From Azolla caroliniana (lineage: Eukaryota; Plantae; Polypodiophyta): 64,000 nucleotides of DNA. The notes below the pieces were generated by a model. That model worked only from the letters and a program-made list of their open reading frames with translations. It had not been told where the DNA came from and made no database searches. This document shows positions 1-13,494 of this stretch, piece by piece (the stretch's first letter is position 1; each line of letters opens with the position of its first letter). The stretch lies in NCBI GenBank assembly GCA_043228905.1, contig JBHGNT010000014.1, positions 10,726,001 to 10,790,000 on the forward strand, given 5' to 3'. Position numbers and translations under genes: made by a program.

Positions 1-133
1 CGCTTTTCTTCCTTCGATCACGTACACGTGCTACGTAGCAGCACTACGATAGCCGATAGCTGGATTTTGTCGTCGACGTCTCGAACACACAATCATAGAG
101 TCGGATGGGCTTAGTGGATTTTCTAAACCACAC

Positions 134-145
134 GCTCTGATACCA
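134..145 (-). promoter_or_regulatory. Primer binding site, tRNA-iMet (TGGTATCAGAGC)
   Basis: Exact reverse complement of the canonical plant LTR-retrotransposon PBS, adjacent to the LTR end. Confidence 0.9.
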
Positions 146-571
146 TGTTAAGAATTAGGTAAGTAATTAAGAGTTAATTAGTACGTAATTATGTGATTAA
201 GTTAAGTGCGGAAGATTATGTGATATGTGTGTGAGAGGAAGAGAGAGAAGAGAGATACACTTATGAACAACACAAGATGGGGGATGAGTAAACTAGAGTG
301 TATATTATAAAACATCATCAAATACAAAAATACCCACAATGAGGTATATATACATCTCATGTGCAAGGGTGCACATGTGTGAGTGGAATATAGTACTAAG
401 GTGTAAGTCCTATATTAAATGTACTTAGGAGTGGAGGATCTAGAATATCCCACTTAAGTACAAGTCCTATATTAAATGTACTCAGTACTTCTAACTAGAT
501 TCTATCTAGGTAACCACGAAGTTACATGGTTGACTAACTAACTAAACTAAGTTGAGCTTGATCTCTCAACA
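146..571 (-). mobile_element. 5' LTR of a minus-strand Ty1/Copia element (internal region runs off the window start)
   Basis: TGTT...AACA termini. Reverse-complement tRNA-iMet PBS (gctctgatacca, 134-145) abuts 146. The minus-strand start TGTTGAGAGATCAAGCTCAAC matches the LTR starts at 18066 and 30091. It interrupts a Copia coding region at 572. Confidence 0.85.
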
Positions 572-2432
572 GTTCGGCTTGCCGAAATTTTTTGGCCGGA
601 GTGGCCAAGTTTGCGAAGCCTACCAACTCTAGAAGCAGCACGGACTTCCATTCCCCAACGAGCGTAATCGGAGCCAAAATTTACTCGATTTAATCCATTT
701 GGATGTGTGGGGACCGGCACAAATCATGAGTCTCGGTGGAAGCCAATATTTCATGACTTTCATCAATTATTACACTCGGCATACATGGGCATGTACGATC
801 GTGAAGAAGAGCGAAGTCTTCGCGTGTTTTCTGAAGGTGAAGAGCCTTGTGGAAAGGGAAACAGGTCGTAAAATCAAGTGCCTCAGGTCTGATGGCGGGA
901 AGGAATACCTCTCCGACCAGTTCACAAGTTATCTACAAAAGGAAGGGATTCAACGCAAATTCTCGTGTAGATACACGTCGTAGCAAAATTGCGTGGCCGA
1001 GCGAAAGAATCGAACGATAGAGGAAGTGGCCAATGCAATGCTTGAAGAGAAGCATATGCCAAAATTCTATTGGGCTGAAGTCGTCTGGTCAGTCGTTTAC
1101 TTGCAGAATCAAACCTCTGCCAATGGAGGAGTGTCGCCACATGAGCTATACTTCGGCAAGAAGCTGAACTTGGCACACTTGAGGATTTTCGACAGCATCG
1201 TGTATGTGCATGTGCCGAAGGAGAAGTGGAGGAAGCTGGACACCAAAGCCGAGAAGTGTATCTTGGTCGGCTACTCAGATGAACAAAAGGGGTATAAGTG
1301 CTATAACCCTCGAACGAAGCCGAGATGTCGTGTTCGACGAGTTCGTCTCGTGGTACTTGCCTTTGCCTCCAGAACCTAATGACTCCATTCTGAATTCTAA
1401 GGAAGAGGTTAGTGGGGCTGAGCTGCCTTCGCATAATGAGGAAATCAGAGCTCTAAGAGAGAGTCTGATCTCATTTCGGCTAAGCGGGCCGAATTAGGAG
1501 TTAAGCCGAGATGGTCAACTGTGTGAAGAGCCGGCGAGTAGTGGAGAGTTGGTCGTGCTGTCCCCGTGTAAGGAACCGAGGAGACGGTTCACGCATAGAG
1601 AGAAAGGGAAGAAGAAGATGTCGGAGTACGAGTCCGGTAGTGCTGAGTCAGATGACTTCGGACCAATCAGAAAGGAACATCCGCGGAAGAGGTCGAAATC
1701 AGGCGAGAAGGCCGTGAAATCGGGTAATCACGAATCACGCTGATCTACCCGCCTAAAGAACCCCGTAAAGAGATATGGGTATAATGAGTACATGGCGCAC
1801 CATTATGCGTACATGACGTGAGTGGCGGAAGTGCGTGAGCCGCAGAGCTACTTAGAAGCAGCAAAAGACGCGAATTGGCATGCCGCGATGGAGGAGGAGA
1901 TGCGCGCATTATTGGGCAACGAGACTAGGGACCTGGTTGACGCACCGAAGGGTGTGAAGCCGATTGGATGCAAGTGGGTGTACAATGTCAAGTACAACAC
2001 CGATTGCTCTGTCAACCGCTATGCACCGAAACACAACGTCGACTATGACGAGACCTTTGCGTTGGTCGCGAAGATGACCAACGTGCGTGTTCTGCTAGCC
2101 GTACCCTAGATTTCTATCCTAACAGAACACTTCGGTAGTTTGCCGATTGAAGAAGTCTTTATACGGACTTAAACAAGCCCCGCGAGCTTGGAACGCGAAG
2201 ATTACGCAACGGTTGCGTAAGATGGGGTTTGCGCCATCGAAGTCAGACTCTTCATTGTTCATTCAACAAGGTCGACATGGACCGGTTAGTCTTTTACTCT
2301 ATGCTGATGATCTAGTCATCGTCGGTGCTGACCTAGATGAAATAGGCCGCATAAAGTCTTAGCTTGCGGCGTCATTCGAAATGAAGGATCTTGGCGACCT
2401 TCATTACTGCCTCGGGATCGAAGTGATCCGTA
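572..2432 (+). pseudogene. Degenerate Ty1/Copia pol (integrase, RT) fragment
   Basis: DVWGP, LRSDGGKEY, AERKNRT, PIGCKWVY, KKSLYGLKQAPRAW and LLYADDL motifs split by stops, frameshifts and deletions. Same family as the element at 8418-18472. Confidence 0.9.
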
Positions 2433-3764
2433 CCACTTGCCGTGACCTAGGAATCTCGGAGTGGGCATGTTGCCCCTTCCATCTGCACAGGACCGCATGG
2501 TAGATACTAGTGCAGTGAAGTCGTTGGGGTTGCTCAAAGACCTCATTCTCATTCTAGGAGGCGAAACATTCCAAATCTCTACAATGGTATTGCGCCTGGC
2601 TGATAACGGTCGATATCCTCTCCTCCTTGGATGACCATGGCTTTGCACGGTCTAGATCAAGCAGGACTGGCCGAATAATTGACTCACGATCCGCCGCAAT
2701 GGCCATAAAATCCGCATCGACACGACCGTGGCTCCTAGGTCGCCGCAAACAGTCACTCTAGTGTGTTGTGAAACAGTCAACATGCTTGAAGGCATGACGG
2801 AAGAGGAAGTCGACGTGTATCAAGAGGAAAATCCTGATTTTGTACCATTGTTCGAGATAGACGTACTCGACATCCTTTACCAACGTGCACAATTGTCTGA
2901 GTTGACTGTTGTGTCTGCCCTAGATGCGGAATCATTACCCTCTCCTTCATTGGAAGCATTAGTCGAGCTTGACCAGGCCTCCATAAACCTGGAATGTGAC
3001 CTCACACTATCCACAAAGGGTTCAAGCAACCAAGCTGGAGGAGCTGAACCTAGGAACGCAGGGCACACGCCACGTAGTCCTAGTTGCAAAGCATCTTCCC
3101 GATTCCTTTCGAACGCAACTGGAGTGTCTATTGCTGTCGGACAAGTATGTTTTTGCATGGTCGCACACTGACATGCCAGGGCTCGACCCACAGTTTTATC
3201 ACCACAAAATTACTTTGAAAACGGATGCAAAGCCCATCCAGCAACGACGATATAGAATGAACCCTAATTACGTCGAAAAGATCAAGGAATAAATCAACAA
3301 ATTCCTCGGCATGGGGTCCGTTCGACTAGTTAAGATGGCCACATGGTTTAGTCCAATCATGGTCGTCTCGAAGAAGAATGGGAAAATCCGAGTCTGCATC
3401 GATTATAGAAAGTTGAGCACAAATACGATCACCGATGCTTTCCCGATCCCCTTCACAAACTCCATTCTCGACATGAACTCTACAGTTTCTTGGATGGATT
3501 CAACAGTTATAACCAAGTTCGCATGGCCCCAGAGGACGAAGAAAAAACAACCTTTGTCATAGATTGAGGAGTGTATATCACCATGGTCATGATGTTTGGG
3601 CTCATGACAGATCCCGCGACGTTTCAACATATTATAATGGAGATCTTCAAGGAATACATACCCGGGTTTATGCAGGTATTCCTAGATGACTTTGCGGTCT
3701 TCAGTTCCAAAGGCGAGCACCTTGCGCATCTCGATAAATGCCTCCAACGTTGTCGCAAGAGCGG
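2433..3764 (+). pseudogene. Degenerate Ty3/Gypsy pol, part 1 (protease remnant, RT); outermost host of the nest
   Basis: FAWSHTDMPG, KPIQQRRYRMNP, KKNGKIRVCIDYRKL and MQVFLDDF motifs. The reading stops at ...KCLQRCRKSG at the LTR starting 3765. Confidence 0.85.
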
Positions 3765-5594
3765 TGTCGTGAAGATCCGTCACTACGTTGTCGTGCCTTT
3801 CAGTTCCGGATCGTTGCGTGAGTCGAGTGGGAACCACTGAGGTTTTGGACTAGGAGAAAGCAGAATATGAGATAAGGCTAGTAATGAATAGGTAGAAAGA
3901 GAGGTAAGTTATGAATCTCGTGAATCCCATGAGTTTGGTATATTTAATCAATATTTAGATAGTAAGAGACAATGTTAATCACAAATTCGTGAATCCCACG
4001 ATTATATTATATTGGTCAATCCTTATAAATAATCAACCCCCTCATACATCTTTCTCTCCTCCTTATATAAGGATGGAAGAGGCTAAGCATAGCTTCATGC
4101 TTTTCCTAAAGTGTTCATGCACACTAAATGTGCACGAGTAATTTTTTATTAGTGTACATTTTTCTTATAAATAAAGTATTCACGCATTAAAAATGCATAC
4201 TTACCTTTCAATAAAGGTAGGGGTAAATAAAGGTCTTATACGTATTAAATCTATGTTTAGAACACTTAGAATAAGTTAGTACAATGGTAAGGTTGGGGTT
4301 TGTCTACATGGAGGTATAGGGTTTGAATCCTGCCCTATGTATGTAATAAATATTTTCTTCTATTTTACAAATTTGTCTCTTCATCCGGTGAGATACTCTC
4401 ACCGGCCTTCTTTATCTGGCTCTTGCCGGTTCTGGTTAATCCGGTTCTAACCGGGTCTCCTTGCCGGTTCTCACCGGTTCTCCTTACCGGGTCCTCATTA
4501 CCGGTTCCTCCTTGCCCCATCCGGAGGAAAAATAAATGCAATTTTCACGTAGTGTGTGAATTACACTACGACAACGTACGGATCGTGAGGCAGAACCGCG
4601 AGGGTTTTGGATCGGAAGGATTCAAAGTTTGCACTAGCTTTAGCGAGAAAGTATTTAAGATAAATCGAAAGAGAGAGAGATGGAGATAAATAGAATGCTT
4701 GACTTTAGATTGAGAGACAAGATTAATAAATCACAAAAATGGGATAACGAATTTATAGATGCTCCCATGCATATGATGCCTGTGAGGGTGCAAGACATGC
4801 ATGAGATGCATGTTTGCCATTTGGCCCTCATGTATTACATGTGTTACATAATAACCATGTCACTCATTCAAGCTCTCACGTATGAGAATTTACATGTAAA
4901 ATGATCAAAGTATAGCTTTTGAAGATATCAACTTGGAGGTGCAAGGTTCAAGCCTTGCTCACATCCCTTTTAAAACACAAAATACTACTAGGCTTTTGGT
5001 CTTGTATTTACATCGAAAATCTTCAAAACACCATGCACTGCGATCAACCGACCGATCCGTTTGTCCCGACCGGTTCAATCCGATCTCGATCCGATCTTGT
5101 CCGTCGCCGTCTCGCCGGCTCCGTCTTGTCGCAACCTCGCTGGCTCCGTCTGGTCGTCGTCGTCGTCTCGCTTCCGGTCGGCCAAAACCTTCCTTTACAA
5201 GTAGTTAGGCCACACCCATTCATCCGATTAGTTTAGCTCAAGTCACCTTGAACATTCTATGATCCACTCATAAACATAAGGTAATAGATTTTGTTCCTGC
5301 TTATATACTCTAGAATCCTTATTTATCTTGCTATGTGGGATATCTCGTAGTTTTGTTTTTTCGCTTCTTCTTCGCAAACTTCATACCCACATAACTTGCC
5401 ACTTAGTTGTCTATTTCTTATGTGGTAAAGTGTATTCGAAAGCTCCTGAAGACCTCCATCTTTTTGTACCACGATATTAAACTAGTATAAAATAGTATCT
5501 TCATTATTATTGTTTTATGTTGTGTGTGAAGAACCACACTCGATTTTCTTCATTCCATTCAATTTTCACACCGTTGGCGAAAATCTCTACGACA
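3765..5594 (-). repeat. 3' LTR of the minus-strand Gypsy (contains a solo-LTR insertion)
   Basis: Starts tgtcgtgaagatccgtcactacg, identical to 21434; ends ctctacgaca; long collinear similarity to 21434-22154. Confidence 0.85.
3789..4573. mobile_element. Solo LTR inserted into the Gypsy LTR
   Basis: TGTCGT...ACGACA termini and a 4-bp TSD ACGT (3785-3788 / 4574-4577). Removing it restores the sequence seen in the sister LTR at 21450-21465. Confidence 0.8.
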
Positions 5595-5666
5595 TCCACC
5601 CCCACCAAACCACACGTCCTCCGGTACGTGCCAAGAAGAGAGAGTATGAGATTTTGGCTACGGTGA

Positions 5667-8417
5667 TCAATCAGATTCCTCCACGTCCTCGTGTACATAA
5701 CTCAAGTTTGTAGGTTCCGTCCTACTATCTTCATCGTCGAGGTGATCGAGGTTAGGATCCTCGTCTTGTCTTTTCTTGAAAATCCTTACTCTTTTTCTAG
5801 CAATGGGTATGGCCAATCTTGATCCATCTAGCTCCGCAAGGTGGTATGTGGCATTGTCGTTGGCACTTATCACTACATACAATCCAAACCATCTTCTTGC
5901 GAACTTCCTTGTTATACTGTGTTGATTGTCCAGGTTGCTATCGTAGAACAATACCCAATCTCCTTCTTCGATCTTCTTGGGACGCAGTCAATGTGTCTTG
6001 TCGAACCGAAATTTATTCTTCATTTGGGTTGCCTCCATCATCTTTCACGCTTTTTCTAGATCTTCAAGTCTCCTTTCATGTTGCCTTATTCGTGCTGCTA
6101 ATAATTCTTCTCGGCTCATCTCGTTCTCCCATGGTATCGCTACCCATGAGGCGATCGTCCTTTCGATGGGCATTATCGGCTTTTGTCCATACATAAGCTC
6201 CATTGGCATATACCCTGTCACTAAACTATGTGTAGTTCTGTCGGCCCACAAAGCATAAGGCAATAGTCGTGGCCAATTCCCGACTCGACCATTGCATGCT
6301 CATACGATGGCTTTGACGATTGGTCCATGCCCTCGCTCGATCTTCCCATTCTCTTATGGATTGTAGGCAGTCTTGAGGGAGAGCTTCACGCCTAGTCGTT
6401 CGAAGAGCTCCGTTGCTTCGTGTGCATCCAACTCCCCTCGGTCGGCCACTATCTTTCCCACACATCCATATCGGTAGACAACCTCTTCGAGTAGATATTT
6501 GCAAATTGCTGACGTCGTCTTATTTGTAGGTCTTCTCTTGCTAGAGCTAAGTACTTCATTTGTCCCACTCCCATTGTCATCGAGACTAAATCCACATCCA
6601 TTTGAAGTGTATGGTGAGCGGGTATGTCGGTTGTAGCTCATCACGATGACGTATATTCGAATGTACTTGGCAAATTTCTCATGTAGACATGAAATGGAGT
6701 ACATCTTTGTACATGCTTGGCCACTATACTTCTCCTTCAACATTTTCGAATGTCGTCCATGTTCCTCTATGACCTGCTCAAGGATGCTCGTGGAATTCGG
6801 TCATCAACGTCACTTGCTCTTCTTTCTTTACCACCACTCGACATTGCATTTCTGTCCTTCTTTTTGGGTGACGCCAAAGGAATCCTCCCTTCAAGAAGTA
6901 TTGGTAAGCTTTCTTCTAGATTCGTAGAGATTCCTCCTTCATCAATGAAGCATCCGTCGTCATTGTTCTTAAGAATCTATCGATCAATAACCACTCTCCT
7001 TTGTACTCGTCCTTGTTGAAGGTGTGGAGGGTTAGGGTGCCCTTGTCTTCCGCCGATAGTCGAGCCATCTTGAAGAAGTCGAGGGTGACGTCTTCATCTT
7101 CCGAAACCATGTCACCTTCATTCTCAAATCTTGCCCTCGACAACATGTCAGCCATGGTGTTCTTCTTCCCTGCAATGTGGCGGATCTCTGGGCTTAAAGA
7201 TTTGATATAGCCGATCCACCTTAGCATAGCTAGATCTGGGTTCTTACATCCTGAGATCATCCCGAGGATTGGGAGACAATCTGTCTCAATTATCACTTCC
7301 GACCTGATCAGGTAGTTTTTGTCCGTCTTCATTGTCGATACAATACCCCAAAGTTCCCGCTTGACTTGGGCGTATCCTCGTTGTCGTTCGTTGAGAACCT
7401 TTGCTCTGAACCGGATTGCATACTGTGCTTTATCTTCTCCTTCTTGGTTGATGACCCACCCGATTCCGGTTGGGCTCGTATCTACAATCACATAAATTGG
7501 CCTCCCGTTGGTATAGTCGGCCTTTCTTAGTGTTGGAACTTCAAGAAGTAATTTCTTCAATCTTTGCATCACGTTTGTGTGTTCGTCTTGCCATTCAAAC
7601 TTCATTCTTTTCTTTAGCAATCCATATAAAGGCTCAACGACATGAGCGTAGTGTGGAATCAAGATATGATAAAACACGCATGCACCAAGGAACCTTCGAA
7701 TCTCCGTTTGGTTTACGCATTCTTCTTTCATATCTTGGATCGTGTTCACCTTGGATGGCGAAGGCTTCCGGCCATATGCTCCACACAAGTGACCTACCAC
7801 CAAGATCTATCGTTGCCCGAATGCGGATTTTTCTCCCGAAAATGTCAAATTCGCATCTTCGAGCCTTTCGAGCACCTTCTCACAATCTTTCATATGATCC
7901 GCGACGAACTTCCTACACCCTTCCTTATCTTTTGATTTATCTTTCTCCTCATCCGAACATCCTTTTATCGGAATATCATCCAAGAATGGCATCGTGATGT
8001 CCGGGATGCAATCCTTCAAGACCTTGTTTATGCCGAGTTCGTTGCACCTTGAGGCAAGGTACACATCCGCACGAGCCCGATCGGAGTCCTCATGGTTGTA
8101 ATGTCACGACTGTCGATCACCAACTAGAATTGGTCATATCCAAAGTAGAGATCTCCAATGGAGTAGATGGACCGCCCTGCAAACGCTTCGGCAAATTCGT
8201 CCATGCTCGGACCGATTCTAGCATTCCGAATTGTCACCTTGTTGATGGGTTGAAGATCTTGGATGAATCGCAATGATCCATTCTTCTTCAGCACCGTGAA
8301 CCACCTATTAGAATAAGGAGCATTCGACGGTTCTATAATTCCCATATTCAACTTCTCCTTTAAGAGCTCGATCAACTTCGGTAGGTGTCCTCTCAGAACC
8401 GGTTTCGGTTTCAAATT
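5667..8417 (-). pseudogene. Gypsy pol: RT, RNase H, integrase (frameshifted)
   Basis: RFIQDLQPINK, PFLDDIPIKG, VDTSPTGIGWV, ETDCLPILGMI, IVADRGE, ALWADRTT and RWFGLY motifs across several minus-strand ORFs. Confidence 0.9.
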
Positions 8418-8878
8418 CGCTGAGAGACAAGCTCAACATCGGCCGGATTGGCTGAGCAAGCCGAGGATCAGATCAGTTGGGACCGATCGGTTAGGCCGGA
8501 CCGGTGCGTAAAATGGATACACAAACCGGTGCGTAACAAGAGGCTGTATCGGTGCGTAACGAGAGGCTGTATCGGTGCGTAAACCGAAAGGCCGTTAGAG
8601 AGATATTCATCGTAAGGAATAGTTTTGGGAGTAAGTGTCAAGGCTCATTTATGAGCAGTCAAGTATTGCCAGTACTTGTGTCAGCCCGATTGTCAGGGCT
8701 TGTATAAAAGGTGCTCATTGTGCACGGTGTATGTACAAAGAGTTAGTATTTTTTGAATTGTGTCTTTTGTGTTCTCTCTCTGTCTCTCCCACGTACTGTG
8801 TATACTCAAGCTCTCCATTAAACCTGCGTATTTTCTGTGTGTTTGGTTTTCTATTGCTTCCGCACATCATCTTTTACA
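8418..8878 (+). repeat. 5' LTR of Copia A
   Basis: Collinear with 18066-18472. The TG terminus is mutated to CG; four cggtgcgtaa repeats versus three in the 3' LTR. Confidence 0.88.
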
Positions 8879-8961
8879 TGGTAATAGAGCGCGAGGGTTG
8901 AGAACCTTTGCAGCTGACATAGCTTGAAAGAAAAACCAACCAAGAAGAACAGGCAAATTCG

Positions 8962-11900
8962 ATGGATAGAGGCATGGCTAGCTCGCTTCCGACGGAGAAC
9001 CTCGACAGAAACAACTACGCTTCTTGGTCTTACAAGATGCACCAGTACCTGCTTGGACATGGTTACTGGAGCTATGTCGATGGAGCAAATGACACAACAC
9101 CCAATTCGACACACAAAGACTTCTCGGTGTGGGAACAATCGGCGAGCAGAGTGCTGTACTATTTCGCGTCTTGTGTGGGCGAACAACTATTAAGCTATGT
9201 TCGGGATGCAAAAACGCTGAAGGGTGCGTGGGAAAATCTGAAGAAGATCTTCACCGCGAGCACCACAGCTAGGAAGCTTCAGCTCCGACAGGAGTTGAGC
9301 AACATACGACAATGCGATTTGTCGGTGGCTGACTATACCTCAAAGATCAAGGACATATGTGACTCCTTAGCTTCCATCGATGTGAACATCGAGGAAAGTG
9401 AGATGGTACAGGTCTGTCTCGGGGGTTTGGCGTCAAAGTTTGGAGCGTTTCGAACTACTGTGTGTACACGGGAGAATATACCGTCGTTTTTCGACTTACA
9501 GTCGATGCTCCTTATAGAGATAGGCCCCGTGGTCGTGGTGGATGAGTCAAGTCGGTACGCAATGGAGGCGACCGACGGGATCAAGGAAGAAGGCACCGAA
9601 GTGATGTTGACAACAATTCGGGACCCTCCGTAAATAGGGGGAGTCAAGGCGACGAGAACCGGCAAGGGAAATCCGCCACGGAATGCTGGTATTGTGGCAA
9701 GAAAGGCCACAGGGAGAGGGAGTGCTGGAAAAAGCGCGCCGATTCGGAAAGAACCGGGTCCGGAACAGGTTCCGGACAGACCGACAAAGGAAATCAGCAA
9801 CGATCGCACTATGCCAAGGGATCCAGAGAAGCTGGAAAAGGGTCAGTCTTCGTGACTAGACACAAAGCTGGAAATCGTCGACCAAGGGATGGAGGTCCGG
9901 TTTACACACCTCGGGTGCTTCATTGAGGAAGAAGGATGTGTTATTGTGCAAGGGCGCAGAGATAGGAGGATGTTCATCCTCGACTCTAATGACGGTGGCA
10001 CCGCAATGTTCGCGAAGGGAGAAAAAGTCGAGTCAGACATCGACTCATGGCACAAGTGGATAGGCCACGTCAACTATCAGCGGCTTCAGGACATGCAATC
10101 AAAATAGGTGGTGTTCGGATTGCCCAAATTTAGTGGCCGGAAGTCACAAATTTGTGAAGCCTGCCAGCTTGGGAAGCAACACCGACTTCCCTTTCCCAGC
10201 AAGCGTAATCGGAACCGGAACAAGCTCGACCTTATACACTCCGATGTGTGGGGGCCGGCACAAAACGTTAGTCTTGGCGGGAGCCGATATTTCGTCTCCT
10301 TCATCGACGACCACACGCGGCACACGTGGATCTACCTCATTGAGAGGAAGAGCGAAGTCTTCGACTGTTTCCGTGACCTCAAAGGGTTCGTGGAAACGGA
10401 AACGGGACGAAAGATCAAGTGCCTGCGGTCGGATGGCGGGAAAGAGTACTTTTCCGGTCAATTCAACGGTTACCTACAACAAATGGGAATTCGCCGCGAA
10501 TTCAGTTGTAGATACACACCGGAGCAGAACGGCGTGGCCGAGAGGAAGAATCAGTCAGTTGTGGAATCGGCACGGGCAATGCTGAAGGAGAAGAGCTTGC
10601 CCAAGTTCTACTGGGCCGAGGCGGTAAGGACCGCGGTATACATCCAGAACCGGATCGGAGACAAAGTGTCGGCACACGAGCAATATTTCGGAACGAAGCC
10701 GAACTTGCGACACTTGAGGGTGTTCGGTATCATTGCGTATGTGCATGTGCCAAAGGAGAAACGGAGAAAGCTGGACGCAAAGGCCAAGAAATGTATCTTG
10801 GTCGGTTACTTGAATGAGTAGAAGGGTTATAAGTGTTATAACCCGCGCACCAAACAAGCGCGCGTGAGCCGCGACGTTGTGTTTGACGAGTCCGCGTCCT
10901 GGTACTTGCCTTCGACTTCGGACCTCACCTCCAATCCAAGTTCTAACAATGAGGTCAGCAAGGCCGAGATGCCTCCGGATGAGCCTGAAATCGGGACACG
11001 CGAAGAGAGTCTAATTTCGTTTCGATTAAGTGGACCGAATGAACGATTGAGTCGGTTCGACCAGTCTAATGAAGAGTCGGCGACTAGCGGAGACTCGGCC
11101 ATGCATTCCCCGCGCAGGAAGCCAAGGAGATGGCTTACGCAAAGAAAAAGGGGAGAAGAAGGTGTCGGATTACGGCACAGATAGGAACGAGTCGGATCAA
11201 CGCGAATCCTACTCTGAGGGAAGTGACGACGGGTCTTCGAGACTGAAGTCCGCGTCGGCCAAGAAAGCCTCAACAGCGGCTGATGAGAAATTACGCCGAT
11301 CTACCCGCCAAAAGAACCCAGTTGTGCGGTTCGGATACAATGAGTACATGGCGCATCATTATGTGTACATGACCCGTGTAGCAGAAGTGCGTGAGCCGGA
11401 GAGCTATGCAAAAGCGGGTAAGGACGTGAATTGGCGCGCCACGATGGAGAAAGAGATGCACGCATTGGCGGAAAACGAGACCTGGGACCTGGTTGACACA
11501 CGGAAGAGTGTGAAGCCGATCGGATGTAGGTGGGTGTACAAGGTCAACTACAACACCAACGGCTCGGTCAACCGATACAAGGCCCGATTAGTGGCAAAAG
11601 GCTACGCGCAAAAACACGGCATCGACTACGATGAGACGTTTACGCCGGTCGCGAAGATGACGATCGTCCGTGTTTTGCTCGTGATAGCTACGGCACAGGG
11701 TTGGCACTTACATCAGATGGATGTAAAGAATGCGTTCCTGCAAGGTGAGCTTGAGGAATAGGTGTACATGGTACAACCCCCGGATTTCACTCCAGAACGA
11801 ACACATTGGCAATATGCCTATTGAAGAAGTTCCTTTACGGACTGAAGCAAGCCTCGCATGCCTAGAACGCGAAGATCACGCAGCAATTTCGTCGGATGGG

Positions 11901-12830
11901 CTTTGCTACGTCAAAATCGGATTCTTCCCTGTTCATCCGGAAAGGTCGACTCGGTCTGGTGATTATTTTACTATATGTTGATGACTTGGTCATCACCGGT
12001 GCCAACCTAGGTGAAATCGACAGCGTGAAGCTCCAGCTTGCGGCATCATTCGACATGAAGGATCTGGGGGACCTTCATTACTTCCTCGGGATCGAAGTGA
12101 TCCGCACCCCCGAAGGCATACTGATCAACCAACATCATTACGCACTAAATATGCTCTTCAAATTCGGGATGGCAGATTGTAAGTCCATCTCGACTCCTCT
12201 GGATAGAACCGTCAAGCTTTGCCCCAATTCCGGAAAGGTATGCGACCCGACGAGGTTTCGACAAATTGTCGGAAGCCTTATCTACTTGACAATCACCCAA
12301 CCCGATCTCAGTTATCCGATCAGGGTGATCAGTCAGTTCATGGCGCGACCGACCGAGGAACACCTTTAGTGCGCACAATGCGTACTTCGGTACGTCAGCG
12401 GCACTAAGGACCGGGGGCTACTATATCGGTCCGATACAGCCCCGCAATTGGTTGGCTACACCGATGCTGACTGGGCTAGCAACGCCGCCGATCACCGATC
12501 CACGTCCGGATATGCGTTCTCTCTTGGGAGTGTCACGACAACGTGGAGCAGTAAGAAACAGTCGACAGTTGCACTGTCGAGCACTGAACCTGAGTACCGA
12601 GGAGCGGCTGTCGTGACATGCGAAGCCATATGGTTGAAGCGGCTACTTAAGGACCTGCAAGAGGAGGTGTCGGATCCGACGACGATCTACTGCAACAACC
12701 TCAGCAGCATCTAGCTCGCGAAGAACCCCATTTTCCACACACGGACCAAGCACATTGTCCGTGAGGGTGTCCTTTTTGGTGAAGTCAAACTTCAGTATGA
12801 TCCGACGGATCGGCAAACTACCGACATCTT
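8962..12830 (+). pseudogene. Copia A gag-pol (gag, CCHC, integrase, RT, RNase H); protease region deleted near 9870
   Basis: [40 protein letters not shown] and YTDADW motifs with stops and frameshifts. The WFVDSG protease segment present in Copia C is missing here. Confidence 0.9.
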
Positions 12831-13463
12831 TGTTGGGATTACGGTCCCTCCGGATGGGATGGTCGGATGTCCGGGAATCGGGAATGAAGACCCGAATGAG
12901 GAGTACCCGGTTCGGGATCCGGATGATGAAGACCCCGGTTTCGCATCCGGATGATGAAGACCCCGGCTACGGAGCCGGATGACGAATGTACCCGGAGAGA
13001 GATCCGGATGCGGGGACATATTTGTGAATATGTTTGCCAAGGGCCCTCGAGGCTATATTTGTAAATAGCCTGAAAGTCATATGTGTATAAATATGACTTA
13101 GGGCAAACAGTTTTGTAGTTGTTGCTCATTTTTCTGTTTTCCACGAAGAGGGAGCGAAGTGAGAGCAGCCGAGAGAGAGAGTGAGAGAGAGAGAGAGGAA
13201 GGAAGAGGTGGACGCCTCTGTGTAATACCGCCACCTGTGGCGAGGACAGCGAGCTCAAGGTCGTCGCCTTGCAGCTCGCCATTGTACATTCCCTGCGTAT
13301 AGTGATAGTTGGAGTCTTGCACTCCCGTGGTTTTTCCCGTCTAGGGTTTTCCACGCTAAACCCTGTGCATTCGAGTCTCTCTCTATGTTTTCGATTCACT
13401 GCTGCACTGACGCGTGTGTCCTCAGTTGTGGCCGAGAGGTTTCGAAAGCGTCATTACCCAACA
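12831..13463 (+). repeat. 5' LTR of Copia B
   Basis: TGTTGGG...CCCAACA termini; internal tandem atccggatgatgaagaccccgg copies; TATA-like tataaata; (GA)n tract. Confidence 0.95.
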
Positions 13464-13494
13464 ATCTGGTATCAGAGCAACTGCAGTGCAGAAA

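Noticed and set aside
12839-13399. Duplicated 186-aa antisense ORF (also 16823-17383) as a gene
   Set aside because: Lies wholly within near-identical LTRs, includes translated (GA)n, and has no recognisable domain.
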